A stretch of 64,000 nt of DNA, taken from an uncultured Planctomycetia bacterium. Lineage in GTDB: Bacteria; Planctomycetota; GCA-002687715; DRQF01. The stretch's first letter is position 1, and each line of letters begins with the position of its first letter. The stretch is from the NCBI GenBank assembly GCA_964559135.1, contig CAZLGG010000005.1, positions 11,609-75,608 on the forward strand, written 5' to 3'. Shown one piece after another: positions 28,366 through 37,652 of the stretch. The position numbers were made by a program, and so were the translations under genes. The notes under the pieces were generated by a model that was not told the origin of the DNA, did no database searches, and saw only the letters and a list, made by a program, of their open reading frames with translations.

Positions 28366-28433
28366 GGGGACCTCCTTCGTCCCCCGAACCTAACCCGGAT
28401 CGGGTGGCCCTTCGACTCCCCGGCAACTCGAAT

Positions 28434-29057
28434 CTACAGGTTCTCGAGAACCCAGGGATGTTCGTGATGATCGCGCGCGGCCGGGTCGGGCTCATACCCC
28501 GTCTCGAGCTTGGAACGAAGGATCTCGAGGGTCTTGTAGTCCCTTTGACTCACGACGTGGAATCCCTCCCGCAAGAGCATTGCGGTGGCGACTCCCACTC
28601 CCTTGCGGTACGCAACCGGGGCCTCGAGGCGACAACCGACCGAGATGACCTGGCTGCCGCACGCTCCGCTACGATCGGTCATCAATGCGAAATCCACCCG
28701 ATTCTGGCGGGCGATACGGGTCATCTCCTCCGCGCCGGCGACAACCTGGGCGGTGAGATCCCGGCGGCTGGGATCAAGCACACGGGCCAGACCGTCCAGA
28801 ACCGCGAACCCGTCCCCGCCGTGGAGGTCGGGCATCGCCCGGGGGGTTCCGAGGAGGTAATCCTCCGGACAGAACGGGATGAGCCGAACCCGAGACGAGG
28901 AGAGCCACGCGGGGCGATCCTGGTCGAGACCGTACGTCGTCCCGTCCACAGCCACCTTCCACCCGAAGATGCACCCGCTCACAAGGATGCGCCAAGGCTC
29001 CTCCTCGGTTGGAGAACGCAATTCCGCGAGAGCGCGGGGGTCGTGGGGCAATCTCAT
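28434..29057 (-). CDS. DUF523 / 2-thiouracil desulfidase (TudS)-like Fe-S protein
   Basis: VSGC, FCPE..LGTPR, RSGACG (three conserved Cys), GVGVATAML. Start uncertain. Confidence 0.8.
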   Translation of the reverse strand: MRLPHDPRALAELRSPTEEEPWRILVSGCIFGWKVAVDGTTYGLDQDRPAWLSSSRVRLIPFCPEDYLLGTPRAMPDLHGGDGFAVLDGLARVLDPSRRDLTAQVVAGAEEMTRIARQNRVDFALMTDRSGACGSQVISVGCRLEAPVAYRKGVGVATAMLLREGFHVVSQRDYKTLEILRSKLETGYEPDPAARDHHEHPWVLENL

Positions 29058-29157
29058 GGCTGTCGCTCCGGTTGCCGTCGGCGGGCTTCGGGGTGCGAGA
29101 GAGGGCATTCCCAGCCATCTCTCGTCCTCGCCGTTTCCCGTTCCCCTGTTCAAGCCG

Positions 29158-29197
29158 AAAAAAAGTCGGAGCGTCGACCCTCGAGGGTCGACGCTCC
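29158..29197 (-). terminator. Intrinsic terminator after the exported-protein gene
   Basis: Perfect palindrome GGAGCGTCGACCC-TCGA-GGGTCGACGCTCC (29168-29197), then a T run on the minus strand. Confidence 0.75.
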
Positions 29198-29226
29198 CTG
29201 TGTCGAATCAGGTTCCGAACCGGGGA

Positions 29227-31128
29227 CTACTTGTCGTCTTCCCACTCGTCCCAGTCGTCAGCGGGCTCCCTCACCGACGTCAAGAACGCTGCGCCCGCCG
29301 CGGCACCGACGCCGATCGCCATGGGCATGTAGCCCGTGCAACTGTAGATCTCGGTGGTGAAGGACGTGTCTGACCGACTCATGGCTTCGGTGAATCCGAA
29401 GATGTGGCGCTGAAAGACGTCCGTGGTCGGCAAGAGAGCCAGATCCACGGGAACTTCATCGGGAAGATCGACGCTCTGCAGGATCGGAAGCAGCGTGTCG
29501 ATCGCCATGACCATGAGACGCCCGGTGTCGATGTAGACGACACCCGTGTTGCCGGCCGCGGGATTCGAACGGCGGAAATGGGTCATGGCTTCCACGAGGT
29601 CCGGATTGCCGGCGAGACCGGATCGCTGGTGCGACTTGGACGCCAGGTAATTCTTCAGGGCCTGCGGCGCCAGCCCGATCATCAGGTAGCCGTCATCGAC
29701 CATCCAGGCAGGCTTGATGCCGGGTCCGAAGTCGTCCGAACGGTTGACGAACATACCCGTGTCGAGGTAGTTGATGTCATGCCCCATGAAGCTGAACGAC
29801 CGCATGGCGCCCTCGCGGGGGAGCATGGCGGAAGCCTTGCGAATACAGGAGAAAAACTTGTCCGAGTCCTTCAGCTGCACGGCCACCATCATCTCGGGGA
29901 TGAGGCCGCCGAAGGGTGACGGCGCCATCCAGAACCCCATCTCTTGGCCGATCGACGGCAACAGGTCGTCCATGATCGAAAAGCCGAGCTGATCGGTCAT
30001 GCCCTGAAGCTCTTCGTCGACGTTGGCGGCCATGTCCTTGTCGAAGTCGCGGAGCGCCGCCATGAGGCGGTCGGCGAGGACCGACATGTCGAGACGGAAC
30101 CCCTCCGCCAGAAGGCTGTCCTGAGGAGCCATGTCCAAAACCCGGTACTTGCCGTCGCCCGCGGGGATCGCCCCGTAGATCGTCTTGGACAGCCCGTCGG
30201 GAACACTGATGTGGAATCGCTCGACGATCGCGCGCCCCTCGAAGTTCATGGCGTAGGCCACGCTCTGGAACTCGGTCAAGCCGGTGACGTCCAGAAAGGT
30301 CATCAGCATCCCGAATTCCTGCTCGTCCGCCACCGGAGAGTTCTCGATCATGTGCATCACTTTGCCCAAATTGACGTACATCGAAAACACGCCTTGACGC
30401 ATGGGAGACACCTTGGCCATGGCACTCGTGAACTCGGCGTTGTCGATCAACCCCCCGGACGTGACGCCGGCCTTGACGCGATCAAGCACGCCCGACAAGG
30501 TCGTCTTGTTGGTGCCGAGGACCAAGTGGTTGCCGGCCGTGACGAGGTAGGCGGAGAGCCCGTCCAAATCGAAGGCCAGTCCGTGATTGCCGGCGATCGT
30601 GACTTCGGTGGGAGCGATGCCCATACCCTGCTCGGCAGCGCCGGCAGCCATCTGCGCCAGCTTGCCCGCCAACTCCTTGTTGCTGCCGAGATCGAGGGTG
30701 ATCAGGGCGTCCACGTCCGGAGGTCCGTTCGCATCCTTGATCGCCAGATCGACGATCGTGAAGGTCAGACGTCCTTCGCCGAGGCTCTCCAGGTCGGAGA
30801 GAGAAAGCCCCGTGTTCTGCTCCAGCTCGCCCGCCATCTCCTCGCTCATGGCGTCGAGCATTTCCATGGCGGGTTTGAGGAAAGCCTTCATCTGCGGCTC
30901 TTCCCACAACTGGCTCAGCGCAAGGTTGCGACAGTTCTTGGCGCCGGCGACTCCGTCATAGGACACGTGGAGCAAGCAGTCCGTCGGGAGAGCGGCTTCG
31001 ATGCGGAAGGAACCGGCCTCGGCATGGGTCGCGTCATCCGTGAGAACCCAGGCGCCACCGCCTATGAATAGGGTCAGGAGGGCCGCGGCGGCCAGTGTCA
31101 TTCCCAGGGGGCGAATCGTACGAGTCAT
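29227..31128 (-). CDS. Exported hypothetical protein, DUF3352-like
   Basis: AGGAG SD, signal/TM segment, internal two-fold repeat (LPTDCLL / APQDSLL), C-terminal hydrophobic segment. Confidence 0.65.
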   Translation of the reverse strand: MTRTIRPLGMTLAAAALLTLFIGGGAWVLTDDATHAEAGSFRIEAALPTDCLLHVSYDGVAGAKNCRNLALSQLWEEPQMKAFLKPAMEMLDAMSEEMAGELEQNTGLSLSDLESLGEGRLTFTIVDLAIKDANGPPDVDALITLDLGSNKELAGKLAQMAAGAAEQGMGIAPTEVTIAGNHGLAFDLDGLSAYLVTAGNHLVLGTNKTTLSGVLDRVKAGVTSGGLIDNAEFTSAMAKVSPMRQGVFSMYVNLGKVMHMIENSPVADEQEFGMLMTFLDVTGLTEFQSVAYAMNFEGRAIVERFHISVPDGLSKTIYGAIPAGDGKYRVLDMAPQDSLLAEGFRLDMSVLADRLMAALRDFDKDMAANVDEELQGMTDQLGFSIMDDLLPSIGQEMGFWMAPSPFGGLIPEMMVAVQLKDSDKFFSCIRKASAMLPREGAMRSFSFMGHDINYLDTGMFVNRSDDFGPGIKPAWMVDDGYLMIGLAPQALKNYLASKSHQRSGLAGNPDLVEAMTHFRRSNPAAGNTGVVYIDTGRLMVMAIDTLLPILQSVDLPDEVPVDLALLPTTDVFQRHIFGFTEAMSRSDTSFTTEIYSCTGYMPMAIGVGAAAGAAFLTSVREPADDWDEWEDDK

Positions 31129-31265
31129 GTTTTTTCTCCTCATCGGTTCGGGGGGTCGTTGTTTCTTCGTTCGTGGGATAAGGCCCGGCATTTCCAAACG
31201 GTGACGGGCATCGCCTTTCCCTCGGTATCTGATGCGGTATCGACCGCTCCTCACTGTAAGACGTC

Positions 31266-31775
31266 TCAGCTTCCGAAGTATCTCTGGAAAAATGGCGGAC
31301 CCAAGCTCGTGGCGAAGATTCCCAAGGCCAGAGCGACCGACTGCCGCGCCCGGCGGGGGGTGAGGTCCCTGGGCCCTTTGATGAACCCGAGGACAAGAGT
31401 ACCCAGAATCGCTCCTTGGAGATCGGTGAGGACGTCGAAGACATCCGGGTCCCGTCCTGGTACGAAGGACTGGTGCCACTCGTCGAGGATTCCCCAAAGT
31501 ACGGCCATCACCACGGCGAGTCGAAACGCGAGGGAAAGGCGCCTCCCGACTTGGCGCCACGCCCCCAAAGCGCCCGCCCAGAAAAAGGCGAGCACTGCAT
31601 AAAGCGGGGCATGGAAGAGGTTCCCCATGCCCGGGAATCCTCCTCCCACTCCCTCCCAGGTCCGACTGCTGGACCAGAAGATCATCCCCATCCAAGCCGC
31701 GGCGGCGATCCGCCAGAGCCACTCTCCCGAGAGGAATCGCGCCAGACTCGAAAGAGGAGACCGCCCTTGAACCAT
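31266..31775 (-). CDS. VanZ family membrane protein
   Basis: WMGMIFWSSS, HAPLYAVL, DEWHQSFVPGR..D..D motif. Confidence 0.88.
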   Translation of the reverse strand: MVQGRSPLSSLARFLSGEWLWRIAAAAWMGMIFWSSSRTWEGVGGGFPGMGNLFHAPLYAVLAFFWAGALGAWRQVGRRLSLAFRLAVVMAVLWGILDEWHQSFVPGRDPDVFDVLTDLQGAILGTLVLGFIKGPRDLTPRRARQSVALALGIFATSLGPPFFQRYFGS

Positions 31776-31804
31776 GGCTCAGTGTCTCAGGACGAGATTC
31801 GAGT

Positions 31805-32614
31805 TCAAGCCATGAGCGACTGGCGATTCTTCTGGAGCTGCTCCTTCAGGCGCTGAAGAACGTTCGTGTGGATCTGGCAAACCCGCGACTCGGTGAGATC
31901 GAGCACGCGGCCGATCTCCTTCATCGTGAGCCCCTCGTAGTAGTACATGATGACGATCCGCTTCTCTTTCTGAGAGAGATTGCGGGTCACCGCCTCGATC
32001 ACGTCCCGTTGGTTCAACGATTCGACCGGGCTCTCGCTCTTCACGTCCGCGAGGATTTCCGACTTCTCGAGGCTGTGATCGTCGTTGTTCTCATCCCACT
32101 TGTCGGAGAGTGAGTAGATGGTCACGGGCTGGGCGTCCTCGACCATGCGATGGTACTCGCTGAGCGTGCAGTCGATTTCGCGACACATCTCCATGTCCGT
32201 GGGCTCCCGGCCGAAACGGCTTTCGAGAGCGCGGTAGGCCTTGTTGATCTTGTTGGCCTTCAGACGAACGAGACGGGGCACCCAATCCTGGGAACGCAAC
32301 TCATCGAGGATGCTCCCGCGGATGCGCGTCGTGCAGTAGGTCTTGAATTTGATGCCGCGGGAGAGGTCGAATCCGTCGATGGCGTCCATGAGTCCGAAGA
32401 GACCCGCGCTGACCAGATCCTCGAGGTCGATGCTTTTCGGCAATGTCGCCAGGAGACGCTCGCTGATGTAGCGGACCAGGGGGTAGTAGTGCTCGATGAG
32501 CACGTTGCGCAGATTCGGATCTCCCGTGCGCTTGTAGGTCTTCCAAAGGATGTCGAGCTTTTCGGACTCGGCCTTGTTCTTCGCACGGGTGGACTTGACG
32601 GCGACCTGAACCAT
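31805..32614 (-). CDS. fliA: FliA/WhiG family RNA polymerase sigma factor (sigma28)
   Basis: RNVLIEHY, KFKTYCTTRIRGSILDELRSQDWVPR, GREPT, LTESRVCQIH; GGAGGA SD. Confidence 0.92.
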   Translation of the reverse strand: MVQVAVKSTRAKNKAESEKLDILWKTYKRTGDPNLRNVLIEHYYPLVRYISERLLATLPKSIDLEDLVSAGLFGLMDAIDGFDLSRGIKFKTYCTTRIRGSILDELRSQDWVPRLVRLKANKINKAYRALESRFGREPTDMEMCREIDCTLSEYHRMVEDAQPVTIYSLSDKWDENNDDHSLEKSEILADVKSESPVESLNQRDVIEAVTRNLSQKEKRIVIMYYYEGLTMKEIGRVLDLTESRVCQIHTNVLQRLKEQLQKNRQSLMA

Positions 32615-32698
32615 TCTCACTCCTCCACGGTCGGCTTCGTGGGCCGACTCGAAAACGGGGAGGCGCCGCAACGCGGTCCGGTGCCGATTCCGGACACG

Positions 32699-32739
32699 AA
32701 AAAACCGACCCGATGGCTCCCTTGGCAACGTTGGTCGGT
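32699..32739 (-). terminator. Intrinsic terminator in the fliA leader (riboswitch expression platform)
   Basis: Minus strand ACCGACC...GGTCGGT followed by a T run, between the aptamer and the fliA start. Confidence 0.6.
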
Positions 32740-32765
32740 CTTCATGTGCGTCATGCGATTCCCCT

Positions 32766-32860
32766 GGTCTTCGGCAACTGGCTGCCTTTCCGCCGGAACA
32801 GCGGGGAAGGCCCTTTAGTTTTGCGCCCCACCCTTTCGAGTGGTTTGCCCTTTCGGACCC
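32766..32860 (-). ncRNA. c-di-GMP-I (GEMM) riboswitch aptamer
   Basis: Minus strand GGGCAAACCACTC-GAAA-GGGTGGGGCGCAAAACT...GGCAGCCAGTTGCCGAAG matches the GEMM consensus (GNRA-capped P2, CGCAAA junction). P1 GGTC/GACC; G at the Vc2 G20-equivalent position. Confidence 0.9.
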
Positions 32861-32921
32861 GGCCGGTTCGCTGACGCTTTCCGGTCGATGTCCATCAGCC
32901 AACGCGTGGCTGACGGTGGCT

Positions 32922-32949
32922 AACATAGAGAAGGTTCCACCCCCGTCAA
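32922..32949 (-). promoter_or_regulatory. Sigma70-type promoter for the riboswitch-fliA transcript
   Basis: TTGACG-N16-TATGTT with an upstream A-tract (UP element-like), about 55 nt before the aptamer. Confidence 0.6.
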
Positions 32950-33119
32950 CTGTTTTTTTTCGGAATTTGGGGTCCGGGTGTTGAGTCCTACGGCAGAGAA
33001 TCGTCCAAAAACCCCACAAAAGTCCTCCAAATGGCATTTTCTTGCGGATTCGAGGGCATGATGGCTGGGTGAAAAAAAAAACGGATCGACGGAGCTCCAC
33101 GGGTGACGAAACCGGGTTT

Positions 33120-35654
33120 TCAGTGTTTCGGAGCCCCCGGTTTCGGGGCCTTCTTCTCCTTCGAGAGGGCGGACGAAGAGCCCTTCCCGAAGTTCTGCGT
33201 CCAGAACGCTCCCCCCTTGGCCTTGCCGCAGCCGAGATGGGTCCATCCCGCCCCCACGATGTTGCGGTGATGTCCCGAACTGTGCAGCCAACCGCGCAGC
33301 GCACCGGCGGGCGTGGGGGCACCGCGAGCGATATTCTCGGAGACTCCTCCCCCCCATCCCTCCGCCGCCGCGCGCATCGAGGGCGTACGGTGTTCCTTCA
33401 CGGGAGATGCGTGAGCGAAATAGTCGAGGTCCATCATCTCCTGGGAGTGCTTGCGGGCGGCCCGAACCAAAGCCTCGTCGATTTTCACGGGACGCAACCC
33501 CATCATCATGCGATAGAGGTTCGTGAGGCGGTGCAGTTCCCGCTCGTCATCGGTGATCGAACTCGCGATCTCGGCGTTGAAACGAAGGACCTCCGCGGCA
33601 GCCTTCTGCGCGGACGGCTTCAAACCGTGATGCGACACGTCGAGGGCACGATCGAGTTCGTCGAGGAGGCTGTCCGGATCGATGGGCGCGTGGGCGTCGG
33701 CGGGCTGCAGGCCCCGAAGAACCCTCAAGGACTCATGGGCCGCCGCGAGCGACTTCAATTCTCCTTCCAGGTAGGCCGCCGGATGCTCATAGACGTCGCG
33801 GATCTTCTGCACCAGCGCATCCACCTCGGCTTGAACCTCTTTCTGATTCGGTCCGTAGGGGTAGGGATAGCGGACCGGGTCACGAATGAGTGTCAAAGCG
33901 GCCTTGCGCCGCGCTTCCAGCTCGTCGAAGACCTTGGCGCGAGCCGCCGCGATGCTCTGGAAGACCTTGAGCTTGCGCGCCCGCTCGAGTTCCCGCCCGA
34001 AGCGCGCCCTCACGATCTCATCCAGAACGTCTCGGGCCGGAGTCCCCATCGCCCGCAGCTCCAAACAGATCTCCTTGAACCGGCCATCGCTCGCCGTCGA
34101 AGCCTGACGGGCGAGCGCTCTCGCCTGCGAGGCCAATCGTCGGGCCTCGGCCTCCTCGGGGGTCATGAGCCGGCCGTCGAGGAGGACGAATCCGCCGGCG
34201 GGTCGGTCGACGCCCGTCCACAGCGCGAAGAGTTCGTCCGCTCGACCCTTGGATGCCGGATCCCGCGCCGCTTCGCCCAAAGCGGCTTTCGCCCGTTCCG
34301 CGTCCCCCAAGTGATGGGCGGCGAGGGCGAACTGCAGACGTTCCTCTGGGCTCACCGACGCCCAATCGAAAAGGGCGAGCAGACGATCGGCCGGGATGTC
34401 CTTCCAGGCCCACTCCTCCTCGCCGCGCCCGAGCTTGATCTGAACCAATTCCTCGTCGGCGGCCACGCAGCGAGCCGCGAGAGTCCCGATACGCAGGGTC
34501 ACGCCGCGGCGCTTCTCCTCGTTCACGTCGACGATGACCCGAGCCTTGAGGTCTCCCAGAGCCTGGAGGATACGGGCACGTTGCTCCCAGAGCCGGCGCT
34601 TCGCGCCGTCCCCGCCGTTCTCGGCGAGACGCCGAAAAACATCGGCGGCCGCGCGCCACCGACACGAAGCGGCCAGGGCCTCGGCGCGGGACACCGCGGC
34701 CCCCTCGGCCGTCGGGCTCAGGCTCGAACGAGGGCTGGCGGAGTCTTCGCCTGACGCGGTCTTCGGGGCCGTCCCGTCCGACGATGAACGGCGCGGCGGC
34801 AAGGCGGCGAGAGACGCCCAGTCCTGGAGTCGCACCTCGAGCCCCGTCCCCGCGAAGCGTGACGCGACGCGCTGCGCATCCTCGCGGATTCGGTCCCAAT
34901 CCCCCTCTTTACCGAGGCTCTCCCACTTCCGCTCCAAGAGTTCGAGTTCGCGAACGGCTTTGGCCCGCAGGTCCACCTCCAGCTCCAGCAAGTCCAGATT
35001 CCGCGGGGACTCCTCCGAAGCCTTCGAGACGAGCCGCACCGCCTCACCCCAACGCCGTGACGCCTCCAGGGGCCGAATGCGGCTCTGAAGGGCGCGTGTC
35101 GCCGGGTCGAGCGGAGAGCCGCCCTCGCCCGCCGGGACGTCCGCGCTGTGGTTCGTCCCCCTGGAGGCGTCCTCGGCGGGTGCCTTCGCCACCGGCTCGC
35201 CTCGCGAGGACGTGACGTTGGAGGGCGTCTCGTTCTTGAACATGCCCTTGTAGGCCGCGCCGGCCAGGGCCAGGACGGCGGCCCCCAGCAACCAAGGGGA
35301 AACGACCGGTCGACCCCGCCGACCGGATTTCGTCGTCTCCGCCCCATCGACGGCCTCCGACGCCCGAGGACGGCTCCGGTGGAATCGGAGCGATGCCCCG
35401 CCCAGTTCGATCACATCGCCGTCGGTGAGAATCAGTTGCGAAACGTCTGTCCCCCGAACCCGTGTTCCCCCTTCCGAGGCGAGATCCACCACCCGCCAGC
35501 GCCCCCCTCTGTTCTCGACGCGGCAGTGGCGAGGCGAGACTCCAGGGGCGTCCAGCGTGAGATCGCAGTCGGACCCGGACCCAAGGATGGCCTCCGTGTC
35601 GAGGCGAAACCATGCGGACTCGTCTTCCAGATCATCGCGGTGCAGCCAGGCCAT
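33120..35654 (-). CDS. FHA-like domain, TM helix, helical region and C-terminal CAP (SCP/PR-1) domain protein
   Basis: N-terminal LGSGSDCDL..VSPRH..DLASEGGT; TM; C-terminal NLYR..GL, ARKHS, FAH, SENIA, WLHSSGHHRNI, WTQNFG. Start uncertain. Confidence 0.8.
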   Translation of the reverse strand: MAWLHRDDLEDESAWFRLDTEAILGSGSDCDLTLDAPGVSPRHCRVENRGGRWRVVDLASEGGTRVRGTDVSQLILTDGDVIELGGASLRFHRSRPRASEAVDGAETTKSGRRGRPVVSPWLLGAAVLALAGAAYKGMFKNETPSNVTSSRGEPVAKAPAEDASRGTNHSADVPAGEGGSPLDPATRALQSRIRPLEASRRWGEAVRLVSKASEESPRNLDLLELEVDLRAKAVRELELLERKWESLGKEGDWDRIREDAQRVASRFAGTGLEVRLQDWASLAALPPRRSSSDGTAPKTASGEDSASPRSSLSPTAEGAAVSRAEALAASCRWRAAADVFRRLAENGGDGAKRRLWEQRARILQALGDLKARVIVDVNEEKRRGVTLRIGTLAARCVAADEELVQIKLGRGEEEWAWKDIPADRLLALFDWASVSPEERLQFALAAHHLGDAERAKAALGEAARDPASKGRADELFALWTGVDRPAGGFVLLDGRLMTPEEAEARRLASQARALARQASTASDGRFKEICLELRAMGTPARDVLDEIVRARFGRELERARKLKVFQSIAAARAKVFDELEARRKAALTLIRDPVRYPYPYGPNQKEVQAEVDALVQKIRDVYEHPAAYLEGELKSLAAAHESLRVLRGLQPADAHAPIDPDSLLDELDRALDVSHHGLKPSAQKAAAEVLRFNAEIASSITDDERELHRLTNLYRMMMGLRPVKIDEALVRAARKHSQEMMDLDYFAHASPVKEHRTPSMRAAAEGWGGGVSENIARGAPTPAGALRGWLHSSGHHRNIVGAGWTHLGCGKAKGGAFWTQNFGKGSSSALSKEKKAPKPGAPKH

Positions 35655-35682
35655 GGGAATGGGTCTCCGTCTCGAACCGCCA

Positions 35683-35698
35683 TGCAAATCTCGGGCCC
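35683..35698 (-). promoter_or_regulatory. Putative sigma54 (-24/-12) promoter for the FHA-CAP gene
   Basis: Minus strand GGGCCCGAGATTTGCA with exact GG-N10-GC spacing, about 30 nt before the ATG. Confidence 0.5.
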
Positions 35699-35783
35699 GA
35701 TGGTTTCGCCCTCGGAGGCCGAAAACCACGCCGGCCGCCGGATTCGCGTAAAGGAGACCTGACATTCGAGGTCAAGTCGTCGG

Positions 35784-36329
35784 TCAGTGAGCCATAAAGT
35801 AACGCACTTGCAAGACGATGTGGTAGCCCAGGAGGAGGGAATAGAAGGTCACCAGAAAACCGAGAGCGAGATCGACCCAGACGAACTTCTTGTGGACGAG
35901 GAGGAAAACGAGGCAGAGCGCCACAAGCAGCGACTTGGCGTAGATGAACCAGTGATTCCCGAGGTCCAGAAGCCCTTGGGCGACCGGGTTCGCCTCGGAG
36001 CCGCCCTTCTGGATGTAGTCCAGGGTGAAATAGGCGTCGAGAACATTGAGTACGAGAATGAGCAGAACGAGGACGACTTCGCGACGCCCGTAGACATCGA
36101 CGTAAATGTTCTTGTCCTCGCCCTTGCGGCGACCCGCGGCGCGCTTCCCGCCGAAAAGGAGGCTTCTCCACGGAGACGTCGGACGACCGCGGCGGTCCCG
36201 CTCCACCCGGCGGTCCCGGTAGGGCCAGGTTCGAAACAGTTCCGACTCCTCCGCGTCCCCGAGGAATCGTCCGTCCGCGGGCTCCCTCGCCTCCATGCGC
36301 ATCGGGGAATCGGAACGGGTGTCGCTCAT
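35784..36329 (-). CDS. DUF5658 family membrane protein
   Basis: Arg-rich N-terminus, YVDVY, LNVLDAYFTL..GGSEANP motif, TM helices; GGAGG SD. Confidence 0.8.
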   Translation of the reverse strand: MSDTRSDSPMRMEAREPADGRFLGDAEESELFRTWPYRDRRVERDRRGRPTSPWRSLLFGGKRAAGRRKGEDKNIYVDVYGRREVVLVLLILVLNVLDAYFTLDYIQKGGSEANPVAQGLLDLGNHWFIYAKSLLVALCLVFLLVHKKFVWVDLALGFLVTFYSLLLGYHIVLQVRYFMAH

Positions 36330-36511
36330 CGGTGCTCGAGTCCTCCAGGTTCCTTTCTATATCGACCGAGATGGCCTCGGACCCAAGCCCTCCCGTCCCC
36401 GCTTCATCGCCGCGGCCCGATCCCCCGAGGACCGGCCCGGCAGGAGACACGTTTGCCCTCCGTCCCCGGTATCGCTCAAGATCCTGATTGGAACGCGTTG
36501 AGGAATATGCG

Positions 36512-37525
36512 ATGCCCCAAAGACCCACGGTGGTTCTGGCCCATTACGATAGCGAAATCCTGAGCCGATATCGGGAGACGCTGGAGACGGACGGTTTCCG
36601 CGTCCAGGCCACCAGTTCGGGCCCCGATGTCCTTCGTCGCGTCGAGAAAGACGTCCCCGATGCCGTGGTCATCGAAGCGCTGCTTCAACGCATGAACGGT
36701 CTCACCGTTCTGAAGCGATTGAAGGATTCACGCCCCCATCTGCGCGTCCTCGTCATGATCGATGCGGGCGACACCTACACGGAAAACCGAGCGCTGATCT
36801 GCGGCGCCGACGCCATCTTGCAAAGGGACGAAACGGGGGGCATCCCCGAGGGGGCGCTGGCGGCGAAGCTTCGCGCCCTTTGCCAAGAGGACCGCCTCGA
36901 GGCCCCGGATCATGCCCAGGAAGCGATTCCCGAGGACGATCTCTCCCGTCTGTTGGAAACATCGTCGAAGAATCTCAGGGCGGAAAACCCCATCGTCACT
37001 CACATCACCGACCCGCTGACGGGCCTGTACAACGCGCCCTACATGCAGGTGAAACTCGCGGAAGAGGTGAAGCGCACACGGCGCTTCGGAATCCCTCTCA
37101 CCCTGGTGGAATTGCAGTTGGACGCCCCGGGTGAGATCTCCGACACGGACTCGGAGTGGCGACAAAAACTCAACGAAGTCGCCGGCCTTCTGCTTTGCGA
37201 GTCCCGTGACATCGATGTGTTGTCCAGAATCGACGCAGCCACGTTTCGTCTGCTCCTGCCCCACACGGACCTTGCCGGGGCTCAGGCCATGATGGAGCGC
37301 GTGCTCTCGGGCATCTCGGAGCGCTACGTCTCGTCGCTGGAAGACGGGCAGGGCCTCCGTGCGGTCGCCGGATTGGCCGGATTTGATCCGGAAACCATGC
37401 AGAATCCCGAAGATCTCGTGGAAACCGCGGGGAACGCGGCCCAGTCGGCCTGGCAGGGCGGAACGGGCACCCTCCATGTCTGGACACCCGAGGGACGAGG
37501 GCCCGCTCCCCAAGCCGGTCCCTAA
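36512..37525 (+). CDS. Atypical receiver domain plus degenerate GGDEF domain (probable c-di-GMP receptor)
   Basis: REC fold with E in place of the phospho-acceptor D (VIEALLQRMNG); TDPLTGLYN; active site reads SRIDAATF; RDID I-site intact. Confidence 0.82.
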   Translation: MPQRPTVVLAHYDSEILSRYRETLETDGFRVQATSSGPDVLRRVEKDVPDAVVIEALLQRMNGLTVLKRLKDSRPHLRVLVMIDAGDTYTENRALICGADAILQRDETGGIPEGALAAKLRALCQEDRLEAPDHAQEAIPEDDLSRLLETSSKNLRAENPIVTHITDPLTGLYNAPYMQVKLAEEVKRTRRFGIPLTLVELQLDAPGEISDTDSEWRQKLNEVAGLLLCESRDIDVLSRIDAATFRLLLPHTDLAGAQAMMERVLSGISERYVSSLEDGQGLRAVAGLAGFDPETMQNPEDLVETAGNAAQSAWQGGTGTLHVWTPEGRGPAPQAGP

Positions 37526-37652
37526 CCCTTTGAGTTTGCAGGGGTTTTCAGTCGACAATCATAGAGTTAGCATCCACGCAGTGCTTGCGACCAAGACGGT
37601 GTGCGGACGGTGGACCGAGAATCCGGGATCCAAGGATCCCCAGGAGGCAGTC

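Noticed and set aside
33032-33047. TGGCATTTTCTTGC as a sigma54 promoter
   Set aside because: Spacing is GG-N9-GC rather than N10, and it points away from any plus-strand gene.
32615-33322. N-terminal extension of FliA to 505 aa in the ORF track
   Set aside because: It runs through the promoter, riboswitch and terminator; the SD supports ATG 32614.
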